Of a stretch of 64,000 bases of DNA, positions 1 to 12,530 are shown piece after piece. The DNA comes from Pseudogymnoascus verrucosus (Eukaryota), in NCBI GenBank assembly GCA_001662655.1, contig KV460211.1. One strand, given 5' to 3'. Position 1 is the stretch's first letter. Each line of letters opens with the position of its first letter. The notes beneath the pieces are model-generated. The model did not search any database and had not been told where the DNA came from. It saw only the letters and a list, made by a program, of their open reading frames with translations. A program made the position numbers and the translations under genes.

Positions 1-800
1 CAACTTAATATAGTATTTGTTATATACTATAACGTGTTTTACAAAAGCCTTTTGTGTCTAATCCCCTGCCTCCTCTGTTAAGTAAACTAACGAAACCTCT
101 ATGAGTCTTATAGTTTAAGACCTAGCGTTACAATAGACTTATTACTATCTATATAAGTACTATAGAGTCTAGCTATCTTTTGCTTTAGTTTTCTTTACTA
201 ATACTAGTACTAGAGGTAGTACCTATATAGAGTTAAGTTCTTATAGGGTAATAAATTAAGTAATTACTTATAAGGTATGTTAAGTTTATATAAAGCGCTA
301 CCTTACTAACTAATTAGGATTGCTATATTTACTTACTATAAGATGCTAATAGCAGTTTTACTTTTAAACTTAAAGTGATTTAGTAATATTTAAAAGGAAG
401 ACATAGTAATAAGAATGACAAGTATGTAATTTTATAGAAGACTATAAGTAATGCTTACTATATATAGCCTCTATATTGTTATAGATTTAAAAGATAATTT
501 GTAATATAATAGAGTGATGTGTTTTTTTACTATAGTAATAGCTAATAATGCTTTTAAATGCTATAAGACTCTAGAAGACCTTATAAAGGCTTGCTTACTA
601 AGAGGGAGAGATTTATAGACTTTAGAATAGAAAGACAAAGCCCTTAACTATCCTGTCCTTTAGATGGAATCTTTAAATAGCACATATAAAAGTAGGGCAC
701 TAACATTTATAACTTAATTTAACGATGTAACGGTAAGCAAGCTGCTAAAAAGGGCAGCTTCCGTTACTGTTTTACATAGCTCGTTTGCTAACTTTTTAAT
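1..800. mobile_element. AT-rich, RIP-like degraded transposon remnant (family not identifiable)
   Basis: Much more AT-rich than the rest of the window, rich in TpA and poor in CpA/TpG, no ORF >=60 aa; LTR-end-like words GTTACA (~127-132) and TGTAAC (726-731). Confidence 0.6.
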
Positions 801-1385
801 ACTCCTACATGGTGGAATATCGCTATTACTGTGTTTTAGGTATAACGAGGAGGGTGGGTTGGGGAAGTTGTGGGCATGGAGGGGTAGTTGTTTGCGCTCC
901 AGGAGTCCAGGGGCCTAGTGCCAAGCTTTTTTTATACTTTTTTTCGGGGCGGGACGGGGGAATCGTAGGATCTTTTCAAGACCCTGCACTACGGCGAATG
1001 CTGGGGATTCCATTCTGTGAAGCTTTTATTGGCGTCGAACCTATCGTTCAAAATTTTGTGCTGCCATCCCTGTTAATCTATTCTTGCCGCCCACAATGCT
1101 AGTAATATCACCGGAATCTCTATGAAATGAATTCTAAGAGGGATAAAGACACGGACAGGATCACACAGGAGAATTGTCAGAGCGCAGTTTGAGGATTATA
1201 CAGTCATAATGGTAGCCCACTGGCTACTATGAGCGGCAGTCTGTTTGAGTGCCGAGTAAACGCTTCATTAAATCTGATCGTCGACTACGAGGACGATGGC
1301 TATTCTCCAAGAAGCTACAAAAGAACCCTTGAGAAGGGCGACTGCAGCATTGTCCAGCTCTTGCTATAGAATCTTGCTCAGCAGA

Positions 1386-4300
1386 TTAAGACTCATATGG
1401 ATTGCCACAACAAGGGTAAAATTCACAAGCTTCCGCTGTGATATTTTTCCCGAAATAATAAGCCCAGCTGGTGAAGGCTTCAGTCGGACTGCAGATAGGG
1501 ATACTAAAGAATCCAGCCGTTGCGAAACCATTAGAGAATGGCACAGATCCAGGGTCTCCAGTAGTCGGCATCTTGTAGCCATTTTGCTGGAAATTCCGCA
1601 ACCAACCATCATATGACGAGGAGACCATGTTTTCTTTAGTTACGGATCCGTACGTGCCATCTCCGTTGACAGATGAGATTCCAGGCAGCGCTCGGAATAC
1701 TTGACCCTCACATGAGTTTGGCACTATTGTTACCCCCTGCTTCTCGCAAGTATGCAGATCAAGTAACCACAACGTAGTATCGCCATACGGTACTCTTGAA
1801 ATATTTGCGTCATCATCTGATAGAATCCGCGAACTTTCAAGAATAGATGTGGTTCCGCGTCCACCACCAAGAGGATGCGGAAAATCTATGCTTAGCCGAA
1901 ATCCATCTTCTGGAACATCGAGTTCGTCGAGGTAGACGAGCACAGGCCAGACATCCGGATCTAGCTTCCATGCTATTGGGATCAGTTTGGCATAAAATGC
2001 ATCGTTTATTTGATCCGGAAAGTTGAATGTCTCGCCACCAGATTCCTCAAAAGGGTTTGTGAGGAAGAACCCATCCTTAGTAGCTTGAACGAGATCAGCC
2101 ATACCAGATGGAGAGCCGTCAAAGATATGTGTTAGATAGCCACTTATAAGACCACGAATAGTATCAGAAAGTGCTCCTATGGCTTTGTCAAGGGCATTAA
2201 GTTTTATAATACTTTGTTCAAGCCTGTTATATTATTAGTAAAGTAATGTGATGAAGATGAATGAATATGACTAACGCTGGGATTTGATCTGAGGAATATG
2301 AGGCTGCAAAGGTCACAAGTGATTCAACATTGGCGTTATATGTTCCAGCTTTCTCAACACCGTCTGAGAATTTCGTAAATGTATTGGGATCTTTAATCAC
2401 CTAGGTATATTTTTAGCTTCAGCAACATAAGGCTAGGATCTGTAGCTTAAATGTACCTTAGACCAGAAGTTGGCTCCTGCAAAACCAAGCAAGTCATCTA
2501 AGTAGCCTGCCACCGTCAATATAGTGTCAAAGGGTGAGCCAGAAACATCAACTGATGGGGAAAATGTCGTAACAATCTATAATCATTAGTAGTTAAACTA
2601 GGACAGACTAAAACGGCCACTTACATCAGATGCTTTTGAAAGTATGTCTGCTTGCCCCACAACTACTGTGCTATACATATTAGTATAGAAGTTATGGAGC
2701 TCTCCCCACGAACTCATAATGAGGCACATAGCGCCGACTCCATCCCTTTCAGTACATTGTTGACATGTTTGCGTGTTTGAACTACAAGTAGGTCAGTCAA
2801 GGGAGCAAATTTCGAGGATTATGGAATACGGAAATACCAAGGTGATTCGCCAATCGTGGCACAATCCCAACCCAAGGGTGCATGAGAGCCTCCCCAGTGA
2901 TCTATCATCGCTTCAGCATATCTGCCCACGAGGACTCCAAGACTATCAGGATCGTCCATTGCGTTCGTGTACCAGTCGTTAGCGGTCGGCCAGAACGAAT
3001 CAACGTTGGCAGCCTTCCATCGCACATCGTTGCCCTGTTTAGGGTCATCCGGAATAGCACAGTTGATACAATCATAAATATCTGTTTAAGCTCGCGTTAG
3101 CGTAAATGAGAAGATATACGTAGATATCTTGACATACAAGCGCAGTTAGGGTCCGAAGTTTTCTGATCGAAGATTCCAGAACCAGATCCACCACCTCCTC
3201 CATTGGGAGGGGCAGGACCTGGAACTGTGACAACAGGCAGTTCCGGTGTCTCAGGTGTAAGCCCGCCGTCGGGACAGACATTGAAATACGTATTGGCCGT
3301 GTTAGCCTGGGGATTCACAATAATGTAGTCTGCTCGGCCAACGCCGTAGAGATTCCCGAAGTTGATGCAGGAACCTCGGGCACTATAGCCTACCGCTACA
3401 ATACCTCTATTAATCCAGGAGAATGAACTGCCGCTTTGCGCAGTATTACCCTCATTTGTCCAAGCCGTGACCGCTCCGGACAACGAGTCGACAAAGAGAT
3501 AGTCAGCCCGACCATCTCCATTGATGTCGGCAAGCCAAATATCTAGGACGTCTTTAGCTGGATTCTTATACTATCCGTGGATTCAGATATGCACTTACGT
3601 TCTCGCTCTTTTGCTTCCGATAGTTTGATTTGGCCTTGGTTAACTAAGTTGTTGAGTCCTCGATTCAAAGCTCCTGTCATTCGACCATTAAGCTCCAGAC
3701 AGAGATAGTCAGCTTTTCCATCTCCATCAATGTCAGCAAACCGAACGCCAAGGTCATTGTTAGTGTATCCATATCCTTGAGTACAAGGAGTAGCCCCCCC
3801 AGACACAACGCCTATGTTTGTGAAAGTAAATTTAGTGCCGTCCCAGTCGTTGCGGAGCATTGTTGTAGATCCGGTAGCTTTATCGACGAGCAGAATGTCG
3901 CATCTTCCATCGCCGTCGAAGTCTGCAAAATGAACCTTGCATTGCCTCGTTAGCTTGGTCGAATCTCTATGAGTAATGATCTTACCTCTTTTCGCGGTCG
4001 GTTAACATTGCCAATGATTCCGTATTGGATCCAGTTGGGAGGTGCATGTTTGTTGCCATACAGCCACATCTCCCCTGTTGATGAGATCCAGATATAATCA
4101 TCGGCCCCAGTGCCTCTCATATCACAGTATCTTACACCGTCACCCTTGACCATCGTCCCTCCAACATCCTCATTTGAGAAGCGGTTTATGCTAATAGCCC
4201 CTCCGCTCTCAGAGATCTCAGAGTAGTCACCTCTCCCTGAGCCCCAAAAAGTGCCAAATGATATATTCTGAGGAGATGCGGCGCCGGCATGCGTTTGCCC

Positions 4301-6035
4301 CATTGGAACCCATACTGGAGTCAATCCAACATCATAGCCTCGCTGATTGATCCATGTCGTGACCTGGCCGTTTGTAGAAACATGAACGAGGTCGTCCCTG
4401 TGATCTCCGTTCAAATCAACGAATCGCCAGCCAGAAAGAGGTGTGAGATTTGGTAGACCACTAAAAACGCCTGACATGGGATTCCAATACTGAGGCTTAA
4501 CGTGCCCCGGCGCACCATTACGCCAACCGAGGATACTAGTACCATCATAGCTAAAGGCAACATAATCTGCACGGCCATCACCATCAATATCAGCGAGTCG
4601 CACCTACGGCCCAGTCAGTTATCTGTGAGTGAGAGAGGTAGTATAGAATAAAAGGATACTCACCTGAGCTTGGAGATAGCCACGATTCGGGAATATTATG
4701 CCCATGGAAACCCAAGTAGGGTTTCTCGGATCTGAGCCTGGGGTATTTTCCCAGCAAGCGAGGTCTCCATTTGGGGCTAAGCAACAAAAGTCGTCCCGGC
4801 CATCTCCTGTCATATCCGCAAACCTAACTCCGCGGCGTAGACAGTAGATGTCGAGGGGGAAATGAGCATATGCTCCAAAGACACCACCTCCAGAGCTCAG
4901 AGATACACCGAAGCCTAGGTTTGCATTTGTATCGACGTAAACATAATCATCGATGCCCTATTTAGGTTGTTAGCAAAAGCCATCATACTTTATCATATCA
5001 AGACCTACGTCGCCATTAATATCTGCCCAGTACACGCCTGCAGCATCAGTATTTCCAGCAAAGCCAGTCATTGTGCCAACATTAACACCGGTATGAACGT
5101 AGCGGCCATCATCGAAGCCCGAACCCTGTTGTGTTTTGACAGGCCCAATGGCATTTCCGGGTCTTTTCTGACATGTATTTCCACCAACCACAATATCAGA
5201 TAGTCCTGCAACAGCAGCAGGAGCTGTGAGCCAGTTTGCAGCGGCTGCAGCTTGGATACCCTGATACCAAACAGCAGCCATTTTTTGGTATCCCGCATCT
5301 GTAGGATGTGTCCCGTCTGTTCTGATGTCTGACAAGCTAAAGAACGAGGTGTGGAAATCAACAAGGAGGACCTTTTCGTTAGCTGCTTGATAATTCGCCA
5401 CCATCGCAGGGAGCTGAGCATTGAATAACTTGACGTTTGCTTCTGCAGCTGCATTTCCATTAGGTAGAAGTGTAGAGCATATAACTGTGACGCCAGGAAT
5501 GGCGCTAAGAAGACGGTCAACCATCTTGCCTAAGCGGACATGTGCGTTGGCGATGTCTATGTTTTGAATACAATCGTTTGTCCCAGCATTGATTAGAACC
5601 AGATTGGGCTGTGATGGGATTGACAGCTCTGCCTTTCCTGCAACCTGGTCGATTACGTAGCCCGGCCAGCCTTCCACATCATTATCAACCATTGTTCCGG
5701 ATTGGACGCTTCCAATCATATTGACAGCGTTTCCATTGTAAACCAATTGATTTCGGAGGCCAAAACGGTAGCCATTTCCATCCGTAGATTCGTAGCCATA
5801 AGTAATGGACGCGCCCAATGGCAAAATTCGAAGTTGAACACCGCCATCAATTCCGCGGCGTCCTAGTAGGGTTTCGCCTTGAGAATCAAGACCAATCGCA
5901 GTCAAGTTCAATCCAGAAAGACTTGGGAGCGCAACAGCTGGACTAATGTAAGCCTAGGCAAATATGACCTGATAAATCTTTCTTACAGGTTGTCGCCCAA
6001 AGCCATATGGCTATACCTCCTCGAAGGTAATGCAT
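1386..6035 (-). CDS. Secreted multi-exon protein: SGNH/GDSL hydrolase (CE3-like) + ~9 FG-GAP/VCBS-type repeats + Cys-containing C-terminal domain of unknown function
   Basis: Spliced N-terminus MHYLRGGIAIWLWATTSVALP (ATG 6035) looks like a signal peptide. SGNH blocks GASIT, GWPG, AGTND, DGTHP. Repeated DxxGDGxxD motifs (ADINGDG, DMTGDGRDD, ADIDGDGRAD, VDLNGDHRDD, ADFDGDGRCD, ADIDGDGKAD). The small exons between 2102 and 2790 splice in frame at GT-AG introns without stops. Confidence 0.85.
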
Positions 6036-9000
6036 TCTAAGCACAGCAAGCTTATCAAAATGACCGTGGATGAGTGGGGGGAGGACTGCAACAGTCGGAT
6101 ATGGCCATGATATTTAAACAAAAGTATGCTAATAGCTCTCTCTTTATCAAGAACCGCGCAATCTTAAATCTGACATCAAACCCGTACGCCAGGCCCATTG
6201 TAGAAGTTGGATAAATTCAGGCACCCCTCTTTTACACCGCTGTTCTGAGTGGTTTTTATCGACTTGGAGTGAATATCGTGATATCAAACACAATTCTGAC
6301 GTGGACAGGGGGGTTGGAGGGATCGAAGTATACCGTGCTAGATCAATTTAACGTGCATGAGAAGTGTGGCTAAGGGAATCCTATTTCTTAAAGACAAGGT
6401 TGTATACCCTAGCGTCTATTGTTATGCCTTGTTTCGGTTGGATCAGTTCAGGTGCTGTGTGGGAGCGGGCCAGGTCATCGGAGGGATTGGATTCCAAGCC
6501 CCATCGAAGCTTACCAAGCTTTATTCGCTCCTGTTAATATGTGTAAATGGGTCAGGGGGACGGATATATCCAATCTCTAACTCCGTTGTGAGACTTTGTA
6601 AGGGTGTAAGCTTACACTCGCATCACACCTCAACTGAGCTAAAAGGCTACAATATTCCGGCCTGCCGGAATACGCGCCACAAACGTATATACACGGTATA
6701 CTGTAACGGCTGCACCGGCCACAGAATTCGGAGGTTTGGTATGATCCCTCCTGCAATGTGACTCGTAGAAGAGCGAGGAAGGAGTTATTATTGGACATAC
6801 AACGTGGCGTTAAGCGTTAGAACGGGATTTATAGCATCGGCTGGTCTCAATTAAGCTTGAGAATACGCATATCCATTAATCAAACCACAGTCATATTCCG
6901 ATAAGTAGATACACAATCAACCAGTAGGGTGCTTTTGCTAGCGTTGTTCAGATAACGGAAGAGGCAATTTGCTAGGCGCTATCGACGCCACTTCGGTGAC
7001 ACCAAGCTGTCATCGCCGAACAACTCAAATCATATCTAAAAATAGTTAATATTGATAGAGTTGGAATAAATGTTAATTTTAACCTTACTAGCAGCCATGG
7101 TGACTTGGGGAGGCTGGTCTGGGGTTGGATTACACAGGCGCAGAAGAACCTGCCATAATACAGCGTTCTACAGATATTTGAAGACAATTCTAGGTAATCA
7201 GAGGAGTCAGCGTGCACGACTGGTAGATGGGAAGTAACTGGTCAGATTAAGGATAGTATGAGTCATATCTTGAAGTTTTGTAGTTATTCGGTTTGGAGGT
7301 AATGAAGGTAGTTGCTGAGACGTTATCCTCCATTTTTTTCCACCCATTATTCTCTAATCTTAGTCTGTAAAGGTGATCCCAGAGAACACTCTTATAACCA
7401 ATCTCCCAGCAGACTCCGTGCGAAAATTCCAATTCTCAGAGGCCTTGAAAGCAGGGTGGGGGATGGGTGTTATCTGACCGGATTCCGCTCGTTTGAACTC
7501 GCTGTGCTGTTTGGATTACTTATCTAACTTTACCATACGGTGACTGTGACTGTGGCTGTGACTGCATACGTGATTATGGAACCCTTTAACGCGTATCTTG
7601 AGCCCGGAGGGGCTGCTAGTGAGTATTAGGGTGATGATGGTTTTGGGGGGGGGGGGGGTATTGCTGTCACTAGGGGTTGTTACTGTTACTAGGGGGGTGT
7701 TGCTGTCACCTGTATTCCGTTGTCATGATCCTTCTTCTTACCGCCGTCACTCGGGTTCTCATCATCACCGTTTTCTTTCTCGTCATTAACTCCCCTCCCT
7801 AAATAAACCGCCCCCTCACTCCCAAACATCCCTCGCACCATCCCCCCCGCATCCCCGCATCTCCAACAAAGAAAGCATCGCTCGCCCATACCCTACACCG
7901 GCGAACCGCACACAATACCCGCTAAACCATCGCATCGCAAATAAATGACCTCGCACATTTGCAGATTTAATACGAGGAATAAGTAGGCTGGAGTCAACGG
8001 CCTTCTAAGTCTACTCCCCCATACACCGATACTACACCCCTCTCGCCCTCCCCCTGTCATCTAGCCTTCTAACGGACTGTGCGAAGGAGAGACAGATACA
8101 GACGTAGGCACCTACGTCTCAAGAGGCTATCGATGAAATAATCCTCTCTAGTCCACGAGGCTTGCACATGAGCTTGAAAATTTCGTGATGTGGTAGATAG
8201 AGAGTGGGTTGGTGCGTACTGTGTGGGGTGGCATTTATAATATCGTGTGGAGGGAGGAAAGTATGAATGGATCGCAATAACAGTAGAATCGGAGGGAGGG
8301 CGGGTAAGGAATGCGTGAGCCGCGAAAGACACAACCCACCACCCACAACCCACAACCCACAACTCACACCCACCCTCTCAAAGCAGATTCACATATCCAC
8401 ATATAACCAGCAAGCAACAGCATCGCACAAAGACAATTTCCAAGCCAGACCACAAGACAATGACAAAGAATCAGAAAGCGGTGTGTGGGGTTCTTTGGGG
8501 GTTAGGGTGGTGGTAGTGAGTATTAGTGGTGATGATACTTTTTTTTTTGCACGGGCTGTTTGGGAGCAGTGGGTTGTGCTGTCATCGGTATCCCATTGCT
8601 GTTGCGGCTTCATTCTTGTCGTCGTTCAGTTTCCCACCGGCACCCCCTTCTTACAACCCTCTTCTCACCACCACCCCCTTTCTCACGACCCCTTTCCCAC
8701 CACCACCCACCATCCTAGGTGGACCTTGAACAACGCACCAAGAACAATACTCCCAGATCGTCGTCAAAAGAATGAAGTACGACCGAAGAACGCATGGTAC
8801 CACCCTCTTCCTTCGTTATTGGTGTAGTAAGGAAGTAGCAGTAGTAGGAGTGGGTAGTGGGTAATAATTAAACGTGGTGTAGTTTCTATTATGTGCCTGC
8901 TGCTCTATGGTATGTGTGTATGGGCTGTTTGTTTCATGGTAGGAGTAGGCTCTCTGCTATGTGCATGAGCTGTTTATTTTGTCGCGTGAGTACGCTTAGT

Positions 9001-10199
9001 GCTATGTGTACGACTCGTTTCCCACCATCACCCCTTTCTCACCACAACCACCACCCACTTTTCCACCATCGCCCCTTTCTCACCACTACCACACCATTTC
9101 CACCACCACTACCACTACCACCACCACTACCACCCCCTTCGCCCCGTCCACCCCCCTCCCCCCCACAAAACACCCCCCCTCGGTCCGGTAAGTTGAAGAA
9201 AGTGTGCGCACATTTCACGCAGCAAGAACGAGACCACCCTCCCGTCCCCCGTGTAATATACTCTCTTGACTAGAGACGATACTGCAACCTACCCACGACG
9301 GCCAACAGGTTAATGTTAGGGAGGGGGGTTGCTTGTTCAAATATCGAAGTTCACCAGTTGGAGTCACAGTCAAAGATCACGTTGAAGTCAGATCAGATAG
9401 GTAGATATACGAGAGGAATAAGTTTAACTTTCATTTCATTTCATTTCATCCCCTTTCTTCCACCCTCTTCCTCCTTTCCCTCCACCTTCCCCCTTTCCAT
9501 CCCCTCCAATCCCCCATTCAATTCCAATCCTTATTCAAAAAACTCCAAACCCCCCTCCCCTCCCCAATTCCAATTCCAAAGCCTCGAAGAAGAAGATTAA
9601 ATAAAAAAAATGGACAATGACGATGACTGACTCCCAAGTTATGACAGAACCAAAAAAGACAAAAACATAAAAAATAAGTCGCAGTAGCTAGATTTCAATT
9701 CCAAATAATATATCCCTTACAAAAAAATGAGCCCTGTGTTTCCCATTGAATAACTCCTTGGCTGTGTTGTTGTTGTTGTTCCTATGTTCGCTTTCCTTTC
9801 CCTTTCGTTTCTTTTTTGGTCGTTTGAGTTTGCATTTCCGCCCTCCTACTTCAAAGCAGGAGAATGGCGGGTGAGTGGCGCTGTGGCTGACGCGATGCGA
9901 CGGTGCGTCGCGCATCCGTCTATCCGTCAGTGGATGGGATAGGCATGAACGGATGGATATGTGGTTCCGTAATGGATGTCCATCATCTCAACTCTTTCCA
10001 TGCCATGCATAGCAATGCGTGGGTGAGGTATCTCTGTTTTCCTCCCCATATTCGCGTCTGCATTACCGCCATCCAGCACCCATCTTTCATGGTCGTGGTT
10101 CCGTAATCCCACATTCCCCATCCCATCGTCCTCCGGGAGCCCGGCCTAAACCACCCCGCTCCGATATAACAAATTCCCTTTCTTGTTACCCTCCATCAA

Positions 10200-12530
10200 C
10201 TACCTATACTGCAAATGCTCCGCCACCCCCACCAACCCCAGTCCCTCAAACCCGCCACCACCATCATGCTGTCCCATCCCCAGACCATGATGTCCCTGCT
10301 GTTGGGTATGATGTCCAAAAACCCCACTCCCCTGTCTAACTCCCATCCCGGGCCTCTGCTGCTGTTGTCCCTGCTGCTGCTGTTGCTGTTGTGGTGCAGT
10401 GCGCGGATTATTCAAGAACCCATAATCCGTTAACGGCGCGTAATCAAGCGGCGTGTGCATAGCCTGATACGGCGCCGGGGTCTGCGGCTGCTGCTGTTGG
10501 TGATGTTGTTCAGGTTGAAACGGGGGGAGGGGTTCTTGGCCTAGGAGGGCGGGTTGGGGGGGTGTGTGCTGCGTGTGTTGTTGTGCGTGTTGCTGTTGCT
10601 GCTGGTGTTGTTGGTGGTGTGGGTGTGCGTGGACGGGGGAAGCGATGTCTTCGATGCGTGGCTTGACGTCGTATTGTTTATTATCGTAGGGTTTAACATC
10701 GTATGGCTTGACATCGTATTGTTTATTCTCATACGGCTTCGCGTCATACTGCTGCTGCTGCTGCTGCTGAGGCAGACTCGGCACACCCATCCCAGCATTC
10801 CCAAAACCGTCAAAGATATCCACACCCCCCGGACCCATACCAGACGACGGCTCAGGGAGAGTCTGCAGCATAGGCGTCACGAGACGGGGGAGGATGTCGT
10901 GGATCTTGGCGATGAGGAGGGGGCGGAAGCGGGTGTCGCCGTTGCGGAGGGAGGAGAGGAGGAAGAGGAATTGGTTGAGGTAGTCGGTTGGGGCTGGGGC
11001 GAAGGGGTCGGCGGGGGGTGGGGAGACGGAGAGGACGTCGGTGAGGGAGTAGGCTACGTCGAAGAGTTTCTCGACCTGGGAGGGGTTAGTGGGTGTAGAA
11101 AAATGGATGGGAGGGGGACGTACCAGTCCTACGCCGTGGACGTCCATCGAATGTGGGGAGAAGCCTGCGGTCATCGCGATGAGGTCTCTTGAGATCTCGA
11201 CCGGATATTGGAAGGTCATGCTTGGGTTGTCGTTGCCGCTGCTGACGCATCCATTCGAGATGCCTAGTTGCCAGACAACATTGCGCAGCCACTGTTGGTT
11301 GACGCGTAGCTCGGCGGCCTGGGACTCGGTGCTGTTGAGGTATGCGGGAAGAGCATCGGACAGCTGCTTCTGAAGGGCCGACAGGTATGCTGGAGAGCAG
11401 TCGTCGCGTGTCTTGTTCCATAGAGCAACGAACTTGTCGTCGAAAGGCTTGAAGAGAGTGACGAGGTGGATGAATCCTGTGAGCGGGGGAGAGTGTTCTG
11501 TCGGATCGTCGTTTGCGGTAGGAAGCTCAATAGTCGATGGGAGAGTGAGTGGACGGTGTCGTTGAAGGGCATATGATCTGAATGTGTTAGTTGTCGCTCA
11601 ATAAAACCATATAATCAAAACATACCTCTCAGCCACAAACAACAGCCAATACAACCGTCTCCTCCTCGACGACTCAATCACATCAAACTGTGCATACGAC
11701 TCCTCCTTATTCATCCCCAGAATCAGCGCCAGAGTCGTTGCCTCCCTCAGATGGAACCACGCCTTGTTATGCAGATCCAAACCAAAGTAGCAGCCGAACA
11801 AGAAGTAGCTCGTCGCCAGACTGCCGAGCGTCGGCGACTCGAGGTGGTCATATCCCTTCCTCACGCGGATCGTCTCCTCCATCAGCATCGTCCCGCTCAT
11901 CAGATTCGCACCAGGCATACTATCGAGTCCCATCGGGTCACCCGGCACCGGCATCCCCGGCTGGATGAGCATGAACGCGCACAGCGACGTGAGCAAACAA
12001 TACGTATCGGTATCTCTATCCGCGAACCTCGCCTGCGCCTCCAGCTTCCCGCGATGCAGGATCGGGATCGTGGGGTACATATTCACGAAGAAGAAATCGA
12101 TACACTGCGCGATGATCTCATTTGTCAACAACCCCGGCGTCGGCGCGAGCGTGGGCGCACACAGCGGTGGCGGACTCGCATAGGCATTCCCGGCGAGCAG
12201 GCGCGCGTGCGCTTTCGAGGAGAGGGCGGACTGGCGGTTCTGCTCGCGCAGCTCGGAGATGACTTTTGCGCGGGAGCCCTTGGGACCCTTCTTTTGTGGG
12301 ATGGCGTTGTATGTGCAGGCGAGCTGGGCGGAGGAGCAGTTGCGGCAGGGGGATAGGCCGTCGCATTTCACCTTTCGGCGATGGCAGGCGTCGCAGGCGC
12401 GTTTGACGGAGGTGGATGTCGTTGTTGTTGTGGTTGTGGGTGGCGGTGGTGCGGCGGTGGTGGGTGTTGGTGGTGGAGGAGCGGAGGAGCCGGACGAGGA
12501 GGAGGAGGAGGAGGGTGTTGCGGAAGACAT
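10200..12530 (-). CDS. col-26: Zn(II)2Cys6 transcription factor, COL-26/BglR/ART1/Pf2 type (starch and carbon-utilisation regulator)
   Basis: KRACDACHRRKVKCDGLSPCRNCSSAQLACTYNAIPQKKGPKGSRAKVISELRE cluster, fungal TF middle-homology region (RRRLYWLLFVAER), Q-rich tail. One intron 11578-11625 joins the 310 aa ORF to the downstream frame. Orthology is from recalled sequence similarity. Confidence 0.85.

Noticed and set aside
5954..5956. Apparent in-frame TAG upstream of the SGNH domain
   Set aside because: It falls inside the first intron; the spliced model is open and gives a signal peptide.
1..7000. Starship or other giant mobile element boundary
   Set aside because: No DUF3435 tyrosine recombinase, transposase or paired terminal repeats are visible in this window.
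8990..9200. (CCA/CTA)n tracts giving poly-Pro/Thr/His ORFs
   Set aside because: Simple-sequence repeat in intergenic DNA.
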